Source: Fimbriimonadaceae bacterium
GTDB lineage: Bacteria; Armatimonadota; Fimbriimonadia; Fimbriimonadales; Fimbriimonadaceae
Direction: 5' to 3'
Assembly (NCBI GenBank): GCA_019454125.1
Contig: CP075365.1
Coordinates: forward strand, 488,218-552,217
DNA: 64,000 nucleotides
Shown: piece after piece, positions 44,760 to 53,323 of the stretch
How the letters are laid out: each line of letters opens with the position of its first letter
Numbering within the stretch: the stretch's first letter is position 1
The notes under the pieces: model-generated
Database searches by the model: none
Told to the model about the DNA's origin: nothing
What the model saw: only the letters and a program-made list of their open reading frames with translations
Position numbers and translations under genes: made by a program

Positions 44760-45640
44760 GAACCTACTTCCTTCTCGGAATGCTGTTGCTGGCCCTGGCC
44801 CTGGTCGGGTGCGGCGGCGGAGGCGGGAACGGCGGAGGCGGTGGGGGCCAGACCGTCACCCTTTTCGGGCGCGTGGTCTGGATCGAGACCGGGGCTCCGC
44901 CCAATCCGACCGCGACGGTCCGGGCGGGCACGGCCTCGACCGCGACCGACCCGATCGACGGCTACTTCGAAGTCAGCGCCCCGAGGGGCGTCTCCAGCGT
45001 CAGCGTGACGTATACGCCGCCAGGCGGCAGCGCAATCGTCCGGACGTTCAACTTCCCGCCCGCGACGGCGACCACGGACCTCGGCGACCTGTACGTCGGC
45101 CCGACGACCGTCACCGTCCGCGGAGTCGTCGTGAACGCCTCGACCAACGCGGCCGTCGCGGGGGCCACCGTCACGATCGGTGGCCAGCGAGGCACGAGCG
45201 ATTCCAGCGGAGCGTTCTCGGTGCCCGGCGTCGCCTATTCGGCGAACGGCCTTGCCGTCTTCCTCGGCCTCGAGGGTCGGGTGACGGCCAACGGCTTCTT
45301 TGCGCGCTCCTTCAGCCCGCCCAGCGGCCCGAGCGGCAACATCGTGCAAGTCGGCTCCGTCGCCCTCACGCCGCAAGGATCGGGCACGCCCCCACCCCCG
45401 CCCCACAATGTCCAGGGCCGCGTGTTGCCGGCCAACGAAGGCGGGCAGGCGGTGGTGCGCGCTCTCGTGGGCAGTTCGGTCGTTCGCACCGCCCGCGCCG
45501 ACGCGAACGGCAACTTCTCGCTGTGGCTCCCTGTCGGCAGTTACACGATTCGCGCCACAAAAGGGACGAAGACGGGTGAGACCACGCTACAGGTTGCTTC
45601 GACGAACGTCGTAAAGACTGTCGATGTCACGCTCCAGTAG
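44756..45640 (+). CDS. lipoprotein with poly-Gly linker and three carboxypeptidase-regulatory-like domains
   Basis: 294 aa. Lipobox LALALVGC|GGGGGNGGGGGGQ, then repeated V.G.V....T...V.GA.V beta-sandwich units. Confidence 0.6.
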   Translation: MRTYFLLGMLLLALALVGCGGGGGNGGGGGGQTVTLFGRVVWIETGAPPNPTATVRAGTASTATDPIDGYFEVSAPRGVSSVSVTYTPPGGSAIVRTFNFPPATATTDLGDLYVGPTTVTVRGVVVNASTNAAVAGATVTIGGQRGTSDSSGAFSVPGVAYSANGLAVFLGLEGRVTANGFFARSFSPPSGPSGNIVQVGSVALTPQGSGTPPPPPHNVQGRVLPANEGGQAVVRALVGSSVVRTARADANGNFSLWLPVGSYTIRATKGTKTGETTLQVASTNVVKTVDVTLQ

Positions 45641-47054
45641 GTCGCTCGCCTTGAACGGGATCGCCGTCGTGGCCGGGGTCGGCTTTGCGGTCGGCGGTTG
45701 GTGGGCCGTGCAGCGCATCATCGCGGTCGACCCGCTCGCCGAGTACAAACGCGAGCTCGACCTGGAGAGCCTGCCCGGTGTCGAGATGCGCGACTTCGTT
45801 TGGAAGGTCTATGACGACAAGGGCAGGATCCTCGCCCGGGCGCACGTGGACCGCGCCGAGGTCGGGCGCGACCGGAGCAAAGTGGAGCTCTTCGCGGTGA
45901 CCGACGGCCGCTACTGGGCGACCGCGGACGAGCAGTTCGCCTTTGAGGCGACGACCGCCACCTATTTTAACGACGCCGGGAAGCTGACCGGCGAGCAAAA
46001 ATCTAAGGTTCGCAATGCAAGCCTAGACTTATCGGCCAAGACCTTCACGTTCGAGCCCGAGAAGGGCACCCTGACCGTGCCGGGCGAAATCGTAGGAAAG
46101 CTCCACGGCGGGGAAGTCAAGGCCCGTGACCTGGAGTACCTCACCAAGGACCGATCCATGACGGTCTACGCGCTCACATGGTCCGGCATGCTCGCCCAAG
46201 ACGGAGACCGCCGCCGCTGGACCTTCACCCCTCTCGACTCGAAGAAATCGAAGACCACGATCCGTGGGGCTGTCTCAGTCTTCGAAGGGCGCTACCGCGC
46301 GACCGACGGGGAAGTCATCGTCCTGGCGGACCGGACCGAGTACGACCGCGACAAGGACGTCCTTACCGCAAAGGGCAACATCGAGTACTTCGGGACGGAC
46401 GCGAACATGCGTTGCAACGACGTCGTGGTCTTTCGAAAGGAGCGAAGGGCCGTGATGACAGGGGCCGTCGACATGCTCATCAAACCGAAGTCCACGCCCA
46501 AGCCGGTCGAAGAGACCATCCCGCCGCTCGAGCCCATCGTTCCCGCGGCGATAGCCCAGCAGAACCCCCCCGCGCCCCCCACAAGCGACGAGCGCAGGGA
46601 GATCGAAAAGCAGATCCGCACCGGCAAGAATGTGCGCGAGTACCCCATTGCCGTGACCGCCGACCGGGTCGAGTACTGGTACGAAAAGGGCAAGCGCCGC
46701 GCCGTCGTCACGGGTTCGCCCCAGGCTCGGCAGGAACTCGGCGCCAACGCCTGGCGCTTCGCTTGGGCGACCGTCGTGCGCTACGATGCCGAATCCGAGC
46801 GGCTCCGGCTGGAAGGCGGCAAGGGCCGCTCCGAAGTCCGCATGCTGAATTCGCTGGGCGACGACGTCTATGCCGAGTGGATCGAAGTCTCGACCAAGGA
46901 AGGCGTGGACGAGATGGACGCTTCCGGACTCCACGGCGAGATCGCCGTAGATGAAAGCGAACTGCCCGAGGGTCGCCAAACCTCGCCGCCTGCGGGAGGT
47001 GGGACAGGCGGGTCTGGCGGTGGTGGCGGCATCCGCGGCCCGATCGGACGCTAA
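45624..47054 (+). CDS. membrane-anchored LptC/LptA (OstA)-like beta-jellyroll protein
   Basis: 476 aa with an N-terminal TM anchor and repeated motifs of the 'A+R.EY......L.G.V' type (ADRTEYDRDKDVLTAKGNIEY; ADRVEYWYEKGKRRAVVTG) typical of OstA-like folds. It has a Pro-rich linker and a Gly-rich tail. Assignment is by pattern only. Confidence 0.45.
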   Translation: MSRSSRSLALNGIAVVAGVGFAVGGWWAVQRIIAVDPLAEYKRELDLESLPGVEMRDFVWKVYDDKGRILARAHVDRAEVGRDRSKVELFAVTDGRYWATADEQFAFEATTATYFNDAGKLTGEQKSKVRNASLDLSAKTFTFEPEKGTLTVPGEIVGKLHGGEVKARDLEYLTKDRSMTVYALTWSGMLAQDGDRRRWTFTPLDSKKSKTTIRGAVSVFEGRYRATDGEVIVLADRTEYDRDKDVLTAKGNIEYFGTDANMRCNDVVVFRKERRAVMTGAVDMLIKPKSTPKPVEETIPPLEPIVPAAIAQQNPPAPPTSDERREIEKQIRTGKNVREYPIAVTADRVEYWYEKGKRRAVVTGSPQARQELGANAWRFAWATVVRYDAESERLRLEGGKGRSEVRMLNSLGDDVYAEWIEVSTKEGVDEMDASGLHGEIAVDESELPEGRQTSPPAGGGTGGSGGGGGIRGPIGR

Positions 47055-47096
47055 ATTCTGCGGGAGGCGGGACAGCTTGCCGCGGGCGGTGGGACG

Positions 47097-47135
47097 CCCC
47101 CTCCCCAAGCTTGGGGAGGGGGTAGGGGGAGGGGG
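47097..47135. repeat. perfect 26-nt palindrome (CCCCCTCCCC-AAGCTT-GGGGAGGGGG) merging into a four-run G-tract
   Basis: 47097-47122 is perfectly self-complementary. 47113-47135 reads GGGGAGGGGGTAGGGGGAGGGGG (runs of 4, 5, 5 and 5 G with 1-2 nt loops). It starts 43 nt downstream of the stop at 47054. Confidence 0.8.
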
Positions 47136-47364
47136 CGCGACCGCCCAGCCGCCGCATCACGGCATGCCCTTCCCGGGGGCCCGGCTCGGCACAACCATCC
47201 TGTGGGCCGGGCTTTGATTCCAAAAAACGATCTGCAGGCCCCTCACACTGAGGGTGGCCGCCTTGCCCCGGGAATTGTAGGGCCGCAGCTAATGTGCAAA
47301 GATTGCGCGCGGACAGAGCCCCAATTTTCGGCGACCCTAGCTAGTCGTCCGTCTACATGAAATA

Positions 47365-49569
47365 ATGACCGTAATGACCGCCCCCTTCGACCCCGCCACG
47401 CTGAACCCGGAGCAGCGGGAGGCGGTGATGTGGCCCGGCGGGCCGCTCATGGTCTTCGCGGGGGCGGGCTCGGGGAAGACGCGCGTCATCACGTGCCGCA
47501 TCGCCCGGCTGATCGCCGAAGGCGTCGCCCCTTGGCGGATCCTCTCCGTGACCTTCACGAACAAAGCCGCTCGGGAGATGAAGGAGCGCATCGTCGAGAT
47601 GGCGGGCGAGGAGTCCAGCGGCATTTGGATGGGCACGTTCCACTCCATCTGCGCCCGGATGCTCCGCATGGACGGGGAGGCGGTGGGGCTCAACCGGAAC
47701 TTCGTGGTCTATGACGACAGCGACCAGATGAGCCTCGTCCGCGAAATCCTCAAAGTGCGCGGGATCGAGGACAAGTCGATCCAGCCAAGGGCCGTCCTGG
47801 CCGAGATCAGCAAGGCGAAGGAACGGCTTAACGGGCCGGAGGAGTACTCACGCCACGCCACCGGCTTCTTCGACCGGATCGTGGCGGACGTCTATTCGGA
47901 TTATCAGAAAGCGCTCGCCCGGGCGAACGCGGTGGACTTCGACGACATCCTCGTGAAGTCCGTGAGGCTGCTGGAGCAGGCGCAGTCTGTGCGCGAGAAG
48001 TACCAAGAGCGCTTTCTCCACGTCCTCGTGGACGAGTATCAGGACGTCAACTTCGCCCAATACCGCTTTGCCGACCTCATTGCGGAGAAGCACCGCAACA
48101 TCACCATCGTCGGGGACGACGACCAGTCGATCTATGCCTGGCGCGGGGCGGACGTCTCGCTGATGATGCGCTTCAGCGCAGACCACCCGGACGCCAAGGT
48201 CGTGATGCTGAGCCAGAACTACCGGTCGACGAAGAGGATCCTGGACGCGGCCCACGACGTCATCCGCCACAATCGCGGTCGCGCGGAGAAGAGGCTCTGG
48301 ACCGAGAACGAGTCGGGCGCCCCCATCACGCTGAGCGAGACCGGCACCGAGCAGGACGAGGCCGTGCAAATCGCCGACCACATCATCCGCGAGGTGCGGA
48401 TGGGCAAGCGAAGCTATGGCGACTTCGCCGTGCTCTACCGCACCAACGCCCAGTCGCGAGTCCTAGAAGAGGCCTTCCTGACGATGCGCGTCCCCCACGT
48501 GCTCGTCGGCGGCCAGCGGTTCTATGAACGCAAGGAGATCAAGGACCTGACCGCCTATCTCCGGGTGGTGCTGAACCCGCTCGACGACGTTTCGATCCGC
48601 CGGATCCTCAACGTCCCCGCGCGCGCGATCGGTGGCACCACACTTGCCCGGCTCGACCAATGGGTCGCCGAGACGGGCCGCCCGCTCTGGGACGCGCTGC
48701 GGGACATTTCGCTGCAACAGGAACTGAGCAAGAAGGCGCTCTCTGGGGTGCGGCTCTTCGTCGGCCTCATCGAGGACGGGGCGGAGCTCGCCCAGAGGGG
48801 CACGGTGACCCCGGTGCTCAAGCACCTTATGGACAAGTCCGGCTACCTGGACGACTTGCGCCGCGACGGTTCTGACGAGGGCGTGAGTCGCCTGGAGAAC
48901 CTGCAAGAACTCGTGAACGTGACGAGCGAATATGACGCGACGACCGAGGAGCCCTCGCTCGGCGGCTTCCTCGAGCAGGTGGCCCTGGTGGCCGACGTCG
49001 ACGCGCTGAACGAAGGCGGGGAGGCGGTGACCCTCATGACCCTCCACTCCTCCAAGGGGCTGGAGTTCCCCGTCGTCTTTTTGATCGGGCTCGAGGAGGG
49101 AGTCTTCCCGCATTCCCGATCGCTCGGCAACGAGACCGAGCTCCAAGAGGAGCGCCGCCTGGCCTACGTCGGGATGACCCGGGCGCGCCAGGAGCTGCAC
49201 CTGACCCACGCCACCCGGCGCGCGCTCTTCGGCCAGCCGTCCTTCAACCGCCGGTCGCGCTTCCTCGACGACCTTCCGCCCGAGTCGCTGGAGACGCTTT
49301 TCGGTTCGCGGCCGGTGATGGCGCCTGCGCGGGTCGTGCGCCCGGACCGCACCGGGCAATACGCGGTGGTCGAATCGAAACCGCGGGAGACACCGGTCTG
49401 GCAGCCGCCGTTTACAGTGGGGCAACGGGTCCAGCACCGCAAGTTCGGAATCGGCGTGGTGGTCGCCTGCGGGCCGCTGAAGAACGACGCCGAAGTGACG
49501 GTGGCGTTCCCCGGCGCGGTCGGCGTGAAGAAGATGGTCCAGAGCCTTGCGAAGCTGGAGGCGGTTTGA
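47365..49569 (+). CDS. pcrA: ATP-dependent DNA helicase PcrA/UvrD
   Basis: 734 aa. LNPEQREAV, Walker A AGAGSGKTRVIT, DEYQD and other SF1A UvrD/PcrA motifs, plus a C-terminal Tudor-like tail. Confidence 0.93.
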   Translation: MTVMTAPFDPATLNPEQREAVMWPGGPLMVFAGAGSGKTRVITCRIARLIAEGVAPWRILSVTFTNKAAREMKERIVEMAGEESSGIWMGTFHSICARMLRMDGEAVGLNRNFVVYDDSDQMSLVREILKVRGIEDKSIQPRAVLAEISKAKERLNGPEEYSRHATGFFDRIVADVYSDYQKALARANAVDFDDILVKSVRLLEQAQSVREKYQERFLHVLVDEYQDVNFAQYRFADLIAEKHRNITIVGDDDQSIYAWRGADVSLMMRFSADHPDAKVVMLSQNYRSTKRILDAAHDVIRHNRGRAEKRLWTENESGAPITLSETGTEQDEAVQIADHIIREVRMGKRSYGDFAVLYRTNAQSRVLEEAFLTMRVPHVLVGGQRFYERKEIKDLTAYLRVVLNPLDDVSIRRILNVPARAIGGTTLARLDQWVAETGRPLWDALRDISLQQELSKKALSGVRLFVGLIEDGAELAQRGTVTPVLKHLMDKSGYLDDLRRDGSDEGVSRLENLQELVNVTSEYDATTEEPSLGGFLEQVALVADVDALNEGGEAVTLMTLHSSKGLEFPVVFLIGLEEGVFPHSRSLGNETELQEERRLAYVGMTRARQELHLTHATRRALFGQPSFNRRSRFLDDLPPESLETLFGSRPVMAPARVVRPDRTGQYAVVESKPRETPVWQPPFTVGQRVQHRKFGIGVVVACGPLKNDAEVTVAFPGAVGVKKMVQSLAKLEAV

Positions 49570-50123
49570 GGCGGCTGTCGCTTGCCTTGCCTCTCCTTGC
49601 CTTGGCCGCTGGTTGTGCTCCGGGTGACGAACGGTTCTTTCCGCTGGAGTCGGGAAACCGGTGGAGCTACACCGTCTTCCGTGATTTCGACACGATCGTG
49701 ACGGACGTTCGGGTGCAACGGCCCGTTCGGGTCGGAACGGCCCAGGGGTGGCTCCTATCGGGGGAAACGGGCGAGTCCCGCCTGGCCTGGAAGGGCTCCA
49801 GGCTCGTCGCCGGTGAGCTTGGCGGCACGGTCTTCGTGCCCCCGGTCCCGATCTTCGCCGAGTCTGAAAGGACGACTTGGGATGGGCAGGTCGAGGTCAC
49901 CGGCGTCACGAAACCTGGGACGGCCGAGCTCATCATGGGCAAGGGCGACGTGCGGTTCTCCGGCCGCTCCGTGCCTGCGCGCACGGGGACTCTCCGGCTG
50001 AAGTCGGACGGGCACGAGATGGAGCTGACCAGTTGGTTTGTCGAAGGCATCGGGATCGCCCGCCAAGAACAGCGTCGTGACGGGCGGCTCGTGCGTCGGC
50101 TCGAGTACCTGGGCGGGCCCTAG
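49566..50123 (+). CDS. lipoprotein, unknown function
   Basis: 185 aa with a TTG start overlapping the pcrA stop. Lipobox LLALAAGC. Confidence 0.55.
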   Translation: MRRLSLALPLLALAAGCAPGDERFFPLESGNRWSYTVFRDFDTIVTDVRVQRPVRVGTAQGWLLSGETGESRLAWKGSRLVAGELGGTVFVPPVPIFAESERTTWDGQVEVTGVTKPGTAELIMGKGDVRFSGRSVPARTGTLRLKSDGHEMELTSWFVEGIGIARQEQRRDGRLVRRLEYLGGP

Positions 50124-50749
50124 AAAGCCATGCCTTCGTAGTCGCGCATGAGGCCCACGATCCGGCCTATGATGCGCGCGTCCTCGCGTTGGACCTCGAT
50201 CGGGTCATAAGCGGGGTTGCTGGGCATGAGCCGCACCCCTTTGCCGTTCACGTGCAGCCGCTTGACCGTCGCCTCCTCACCCAGGAGGACCGCGACGAGG
50301 TCGCCGTGGTTCGCGGTCTGCTGGGGCCGGACAACGACCAGGTCCCGGGGGTTGATGCCTTCTCCGCTCATCGAGTCGCCCTTGACGCGCAGTAGGAAGG
50401 CGCCCTGGATGTTCCGCACCATTTCGCTCGGCACCGGGATCAAGCCCTCGACGTGCTCCTGCGCCAGGATCGGCGCGCCGGCGGCGATGCTTCCGAGCAG
50501 GGGCAGCATCGAAACCTTCGCACCGGTCTGGTACTGCGGGTGCGTGATCTTGATGGAGCGCGGCGTGTTCGACCGCTCGATGAAGCCCTTGCGCTCAAGC
50601 GCGTCGAGGTGCACGGTGACCCCGCGCAACGAACCGATGCCGAACTTCTGGCCGATTTCGCGGATCGATGGCGGATAGCCCTCGTCCTGGACATAGTCGA
50701 GGACGAATTGCAGGATCGCCTCCTGTCGCTTCGTCAGTCCTTTGGCCAA
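50120..50749 (-). CDS. lexA: LexA repressor
   Basis: 209 aa with a TTG start and GGAGG 7 nt upstream. Winged HTH (PSIREIGQKFGIGSLRGVTVHLDALERKGFI), cleavage site AAG, catalytic GDSM (Ser) and VKR (Lys). Confidence 0.93.
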   Translation of the reverse strand: MAKGLTKRQEAILQFVLDYVQDEGYPPSIREIGQKFGIGSLRGVTVHLDALERKGFIERSNTPRSIKITHPQYQTGAKVSMLPLLGSIAAGAPILAQEHVEGLIPVPSEMVRNIQGAFLLRVKGDSMSGEGINPRDLVVVRPQQTANHGDLVAVLLGEEATVKRLHVNGKGVRLMPSNPAYDPIEVQREDARIIGRIVGLMRDYEGMAF

Positions 50750-50778
50750 AGCGTCCTCCCAACACGTGTCCGTCTACC

Positions 50779-50808
50779 CATGAGTGCCCTAAGTTTAGCC
50801 TACTCATG
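50779..50808. promoter_or_regulatory. 30-nt imperfect palindrome in the lexA/ppiD-like divergent promoter (candidate LexA operator)
   Basis: CATGAGTgccCTAAgtTTAGcctACTCATG: 11 of 15 positions pair, with perfect outer 7-nt arms. It lies 30-59 nt upstream of the lexA start. No SOS-box consensus is known to me for this lineage. Confidence 0.2.
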
Positions 50809-50895
50809 TCTACTTGTCAAGCCCTTCGGGTCCTCAGATTCAAAAAGCCCGACGTGCCACACTAGTCGTTCTGCCCAGTTCAGGAGCCTAGCCGA

Positions 50896-52575
50896 GTGTC
50901 CATATCCAAGATCCGCTCCGCATTCGAGAAAAAAGGTTGCCAAGTCATCCTTGCCATTGTCGGAATCGCCTTGGCCGGCGCTTTGATCGTGCCTTCCAGT
51001 TGCCAGGGCTTCCTTGGCCAGGGCAACGGGCCCGGACATCCGGCGGACTCTCCGACCGTCGCCGAGGTCTCCGGCGAGAAAGTGACCGCGGCTGAAGTCT
51101 CGGCCACTTATGCGGTGCTCCAGCAAAGGGGGTCCACAAACCCGACGGCCGATTTCTACACGATGGCGGGCGCCCTAGATTTCTCGGTGAACCGCGCCAT
51201 CGACCGGATCCTGGCGAAGCGCGTCAACGTCCAGCTCGATGCGACCACGCAAGACGCCGCTTTTGAGGAGGTCTGGAACCGGCAGCTGGAACAGCAGAAG
51301 TTCGCGCTCATCCAGGCGGGCAAGCTCAAGTTCGAAGACACGGACGAGAAGTTCAAGGAAGTCATCAAGAAGGAGTCGGGTCGCGACATTTCCGAACTGA
51401 AGAAGACTTGGTTGGACGCGCAAAAGAAGGAGCTGGACGATCCCGAGCGAGGGCCGCTTATCAAGGGCGACCTCTTGGGGATCGTAGTGGGCCAAGCCTA
51501 CGAAAGGACAGCGACCGCGACCGAGGCGGAACTCAAGAAGTCCTTCGACCAGTTCGAACTGACGCGGATCGTCTTTTCGGGGCCGGGAGTCAAGCAAGAG
51601 GACGCGCTTGCCCAAGCGGACAAGGCTCTGGACGAGCTGAAGAAAGGCGCCAACTTTGGCGAGGTCAAGAAGAAGTACAACAAGGCGACCACTGCTCCCG
51701 CGACGCTGACTTACCCGCGGACATATGTCGAGTCCGTGGACGAGCTTAAGCCGATCACAGAGCTTAAGCCGGGGCAGTACACGGAAGTCATTGAGGAATC
51801 GCAGACCGTATCGATCTATGCGCTTGTCCAAGTCAAGGCGAACCTTCCTGCCGACTTTGAAAAGAACAAGATCCAACTACTCGACAGCTTTAAGCGGCGA
51901 CATGCGATCGAAAAGCGCACCGCCGACGTCGAGGCCCTTGAGAAAGATATTGTGTGGAAGTCCGACGGTTATCGCCTCGTCTACGACCTCTACAAGGGCT
52001 TCCGAACCCCGCAGGGCCCGAGCGACGAAAAACTCAAAGAGTTTGTGAAGCAGACCGAAGGGCTGACCTCAGAAGACCCGTTCGGCCAGAAGCTCGTGAC
52101 GCTCGCACGTTACGTGGCTTTGAGTTCCTATTATCCGAAGCTCAGCCCCAAGGAGCAAGAAGAGGCGCGTCCCGATAAGATCGCCACATTGACCTCGTTG
52201 CTGGAAGACACGGAGAGTCCCCAGATCCGGCTGGAGCTAAGTGAGCTCTACATCACCGAAGAGGACTACGACTCTGCCGCTGAGCAGCTTGTCCTGGCAG
52301 CCCAGGTCAACACCTCGACGGACCCCGAGGGCCAAGCCCTGCACGAGAGCCTGAAGAAGCAGCTCGCCGCCGCGCGCGGGATCGAGAAGTACCCTAAGGA
52401 CATGCTCGACAAGGTCCAGGCTGAGATCACTCGGTGGGAAAAGGACAAGGCGGAAGAGCAGAACGCCGCTAAAGAGGCGGCTGCAGAGCAGAAGAAGCTC
52501 GACGAAGAGCTTAAGAAGCTTGAAGAGGGCGACGACAAGACGCCCCAGGAACCGACCCCGAAACCGGGAGGCTAA
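50896..52575 (+). CDS. PpiD/SurA-like periplasmic chaperone (degenerate parvulin domain)
   Basis: 559 aa with a GTG start and an N-terminal anchor. It has a SurA_N-like helical region, a central parvulin-like segment (RIVFSGPGVKQEDALAQADKALDELKKGANFGEVKKKY) and a Lys/Glu-rich tail. Confidence 0.55.
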   Translation: MSISKIRSAFEKKGCQVILAIVGIALAGALIVPSSCQGFLGQGNGPGHPADSPTVAEVSGEKVTAAEVSATYAVLQQRGSTNPTADFYTMAGALDFSVNRAIDRILAKRVNVQLDATTQDAAFEEVWNRQLEQQKFALIQAGKLKFEDTDEKFKEVIKKESGRDISELKKTWLDAQKKELDDPERGPLIKGDLLGIVVGQAYERTATATEAELKKSFDQFELTRIVFSGPGVKQEDALAQADKALDELKKGANFGEVKKKYNKATTAPATLTYPRTYVESVDELKPITELKPGQYTEVIEESQTVSIYALVQVKANLPADFEKNKIQLLDSFKRRHAIEKRTADVEALEKDIVWKSDGYRLVYDLYKGFRTPQGPSDEKLKEFVKQTEGLTSEDPFGQKLVTLARYVALSSYYPKLSPKEQEEARPDKIATLTSLLEDTESPQIRLELSELYITEEDYDSAAEQLVLAAQVNTSTDPEGQALHESLKKQLAAARGIEKYPKDMLDKVQAEITRWEKDKAEEQNAAKEAAAEQKKLDEELKKLEEGDDKTPQEPTPKPGG

Positions 52576-52578
52576 ACC

Positions 52579-53259
52579 GTGGCCGGGCGGCTGGTCTTGG
52601 TCGCGAGCCCGATCGGGAACCTGGGTGACGTGTCAGCCCGCGCGCGAGAGGAGCTCGCCGGCGCCGAGGTCTGGCTTGTCGAGGACACCCGGGTGGCTGG
52701 CCGTCTCCAGTCGGCGCTTGGGATCTCCTGTCCGATGCGGCTTCTGAACGACCACACCTCTGAGAGGCGGCTGGAGGAGTACGCCGGACTCTTGGAAGGC
52801 GGCGCTCGCGCAGCCGTCGTGACGGACGCAGGTTGCCCCGTGATCAGCGACCCTGGTGCGGAGCTCGTCGACATGTGCCACGCCCGCGGGGTCGAAGTGG
52901 ACGCCATCCCCGGTCCGAGCGCGGTGACGACCGCCTTGGCCCTCTCCGGCTTCTTCGCCCAACGGTTCGCGTTCCTCGGCTTCTTGCCGCGGAAGCCGGG
53001 CCCGCTCAAGGAGTCGCTGGCGCCCTTTGCAGAGTCCACCCTGACCCTTGTGCTCTTCGAATCCCCAAACCGGATCGACAAAGTGCTCTCGGTAATGCCG
53101 GAAGTCCTGGGACTTCGGCGCTACGCGCTTTGCCGCGAATTGACGAAACTTCACCAACAGATTTGGCGCGGCAAACTACCAGAATTGCCTCAAGAGGGCG
53201 AGGTTCTTCGGAAGGGGGAGTTCACCGTCGTTGTCGAGGGCCGAAGAAGGGGGCTCTAG
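52579..53259 (+). CDS. rsmI: 16S rRNA (cytidine1402-2'-O)-methyltransferase
   Basis: 226 aa with a GTG start. LVLVASPIGNLGDVSARAREEL...VEDTR...VVTDAGCPVISDPG is the tetrapyrrole-methylase-fold RsmI signature. Confidence 0.9.
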   Translation: MAGRLVLVASPIGNLGDVSARAREELAGAEVWLVEDTRVAGRLQSALGISCPMRLLNDHTSERRLEEYAGLLEGGARAAVVTDAGCPVISDPGAELVDMCHARGVEVDAIPGPSAVTTALALSGFFAQRFAFLGFLPRKPGPLKESLAPFAESTLTLVLFESPNRIDKVLSVMPEVLGLRRYALCRELTKLHQQIWRGKLPELPQEGEVLRKGEFTVVVEGRRRGL

Positions 53260-53323
53260 AAATGCCCTTTTTTGCCTAGGTGTATACTGAGAAAAGGAGG
53301 AGTCTTCCTCGCATGGATGCGTT

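Noticed and set aside
44805-44850. GGC/GGA/GGT-rich tandem tracts (also 20040-20110 and 47000-47040) that superficially look like short tandem repeats or CRISPR-like periodicity.
   Set aside because: They lie in frame within ORFs and encode poly-Gly/Asn linkers. There are no spacer-repeat architecture and no cas genes. They are reported only as low-complexity coding features.
46991-47075. A 17-nt near-identical direct repeat (TGCGGGAGGTGGGACAG / TGCGGGAGGCGGGACAG) straddling the stop codon of the LptC-like gene, possibly a duplication scar or frameshift site.
   Set aside because: The annotated frame ends cleanly with a plausible Gly-rich tail. The alternative frame (ORF 46951..47217) translates to low-complexity sequence. 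A short GC-rich repeat can arise by chance next to the palindromic element.
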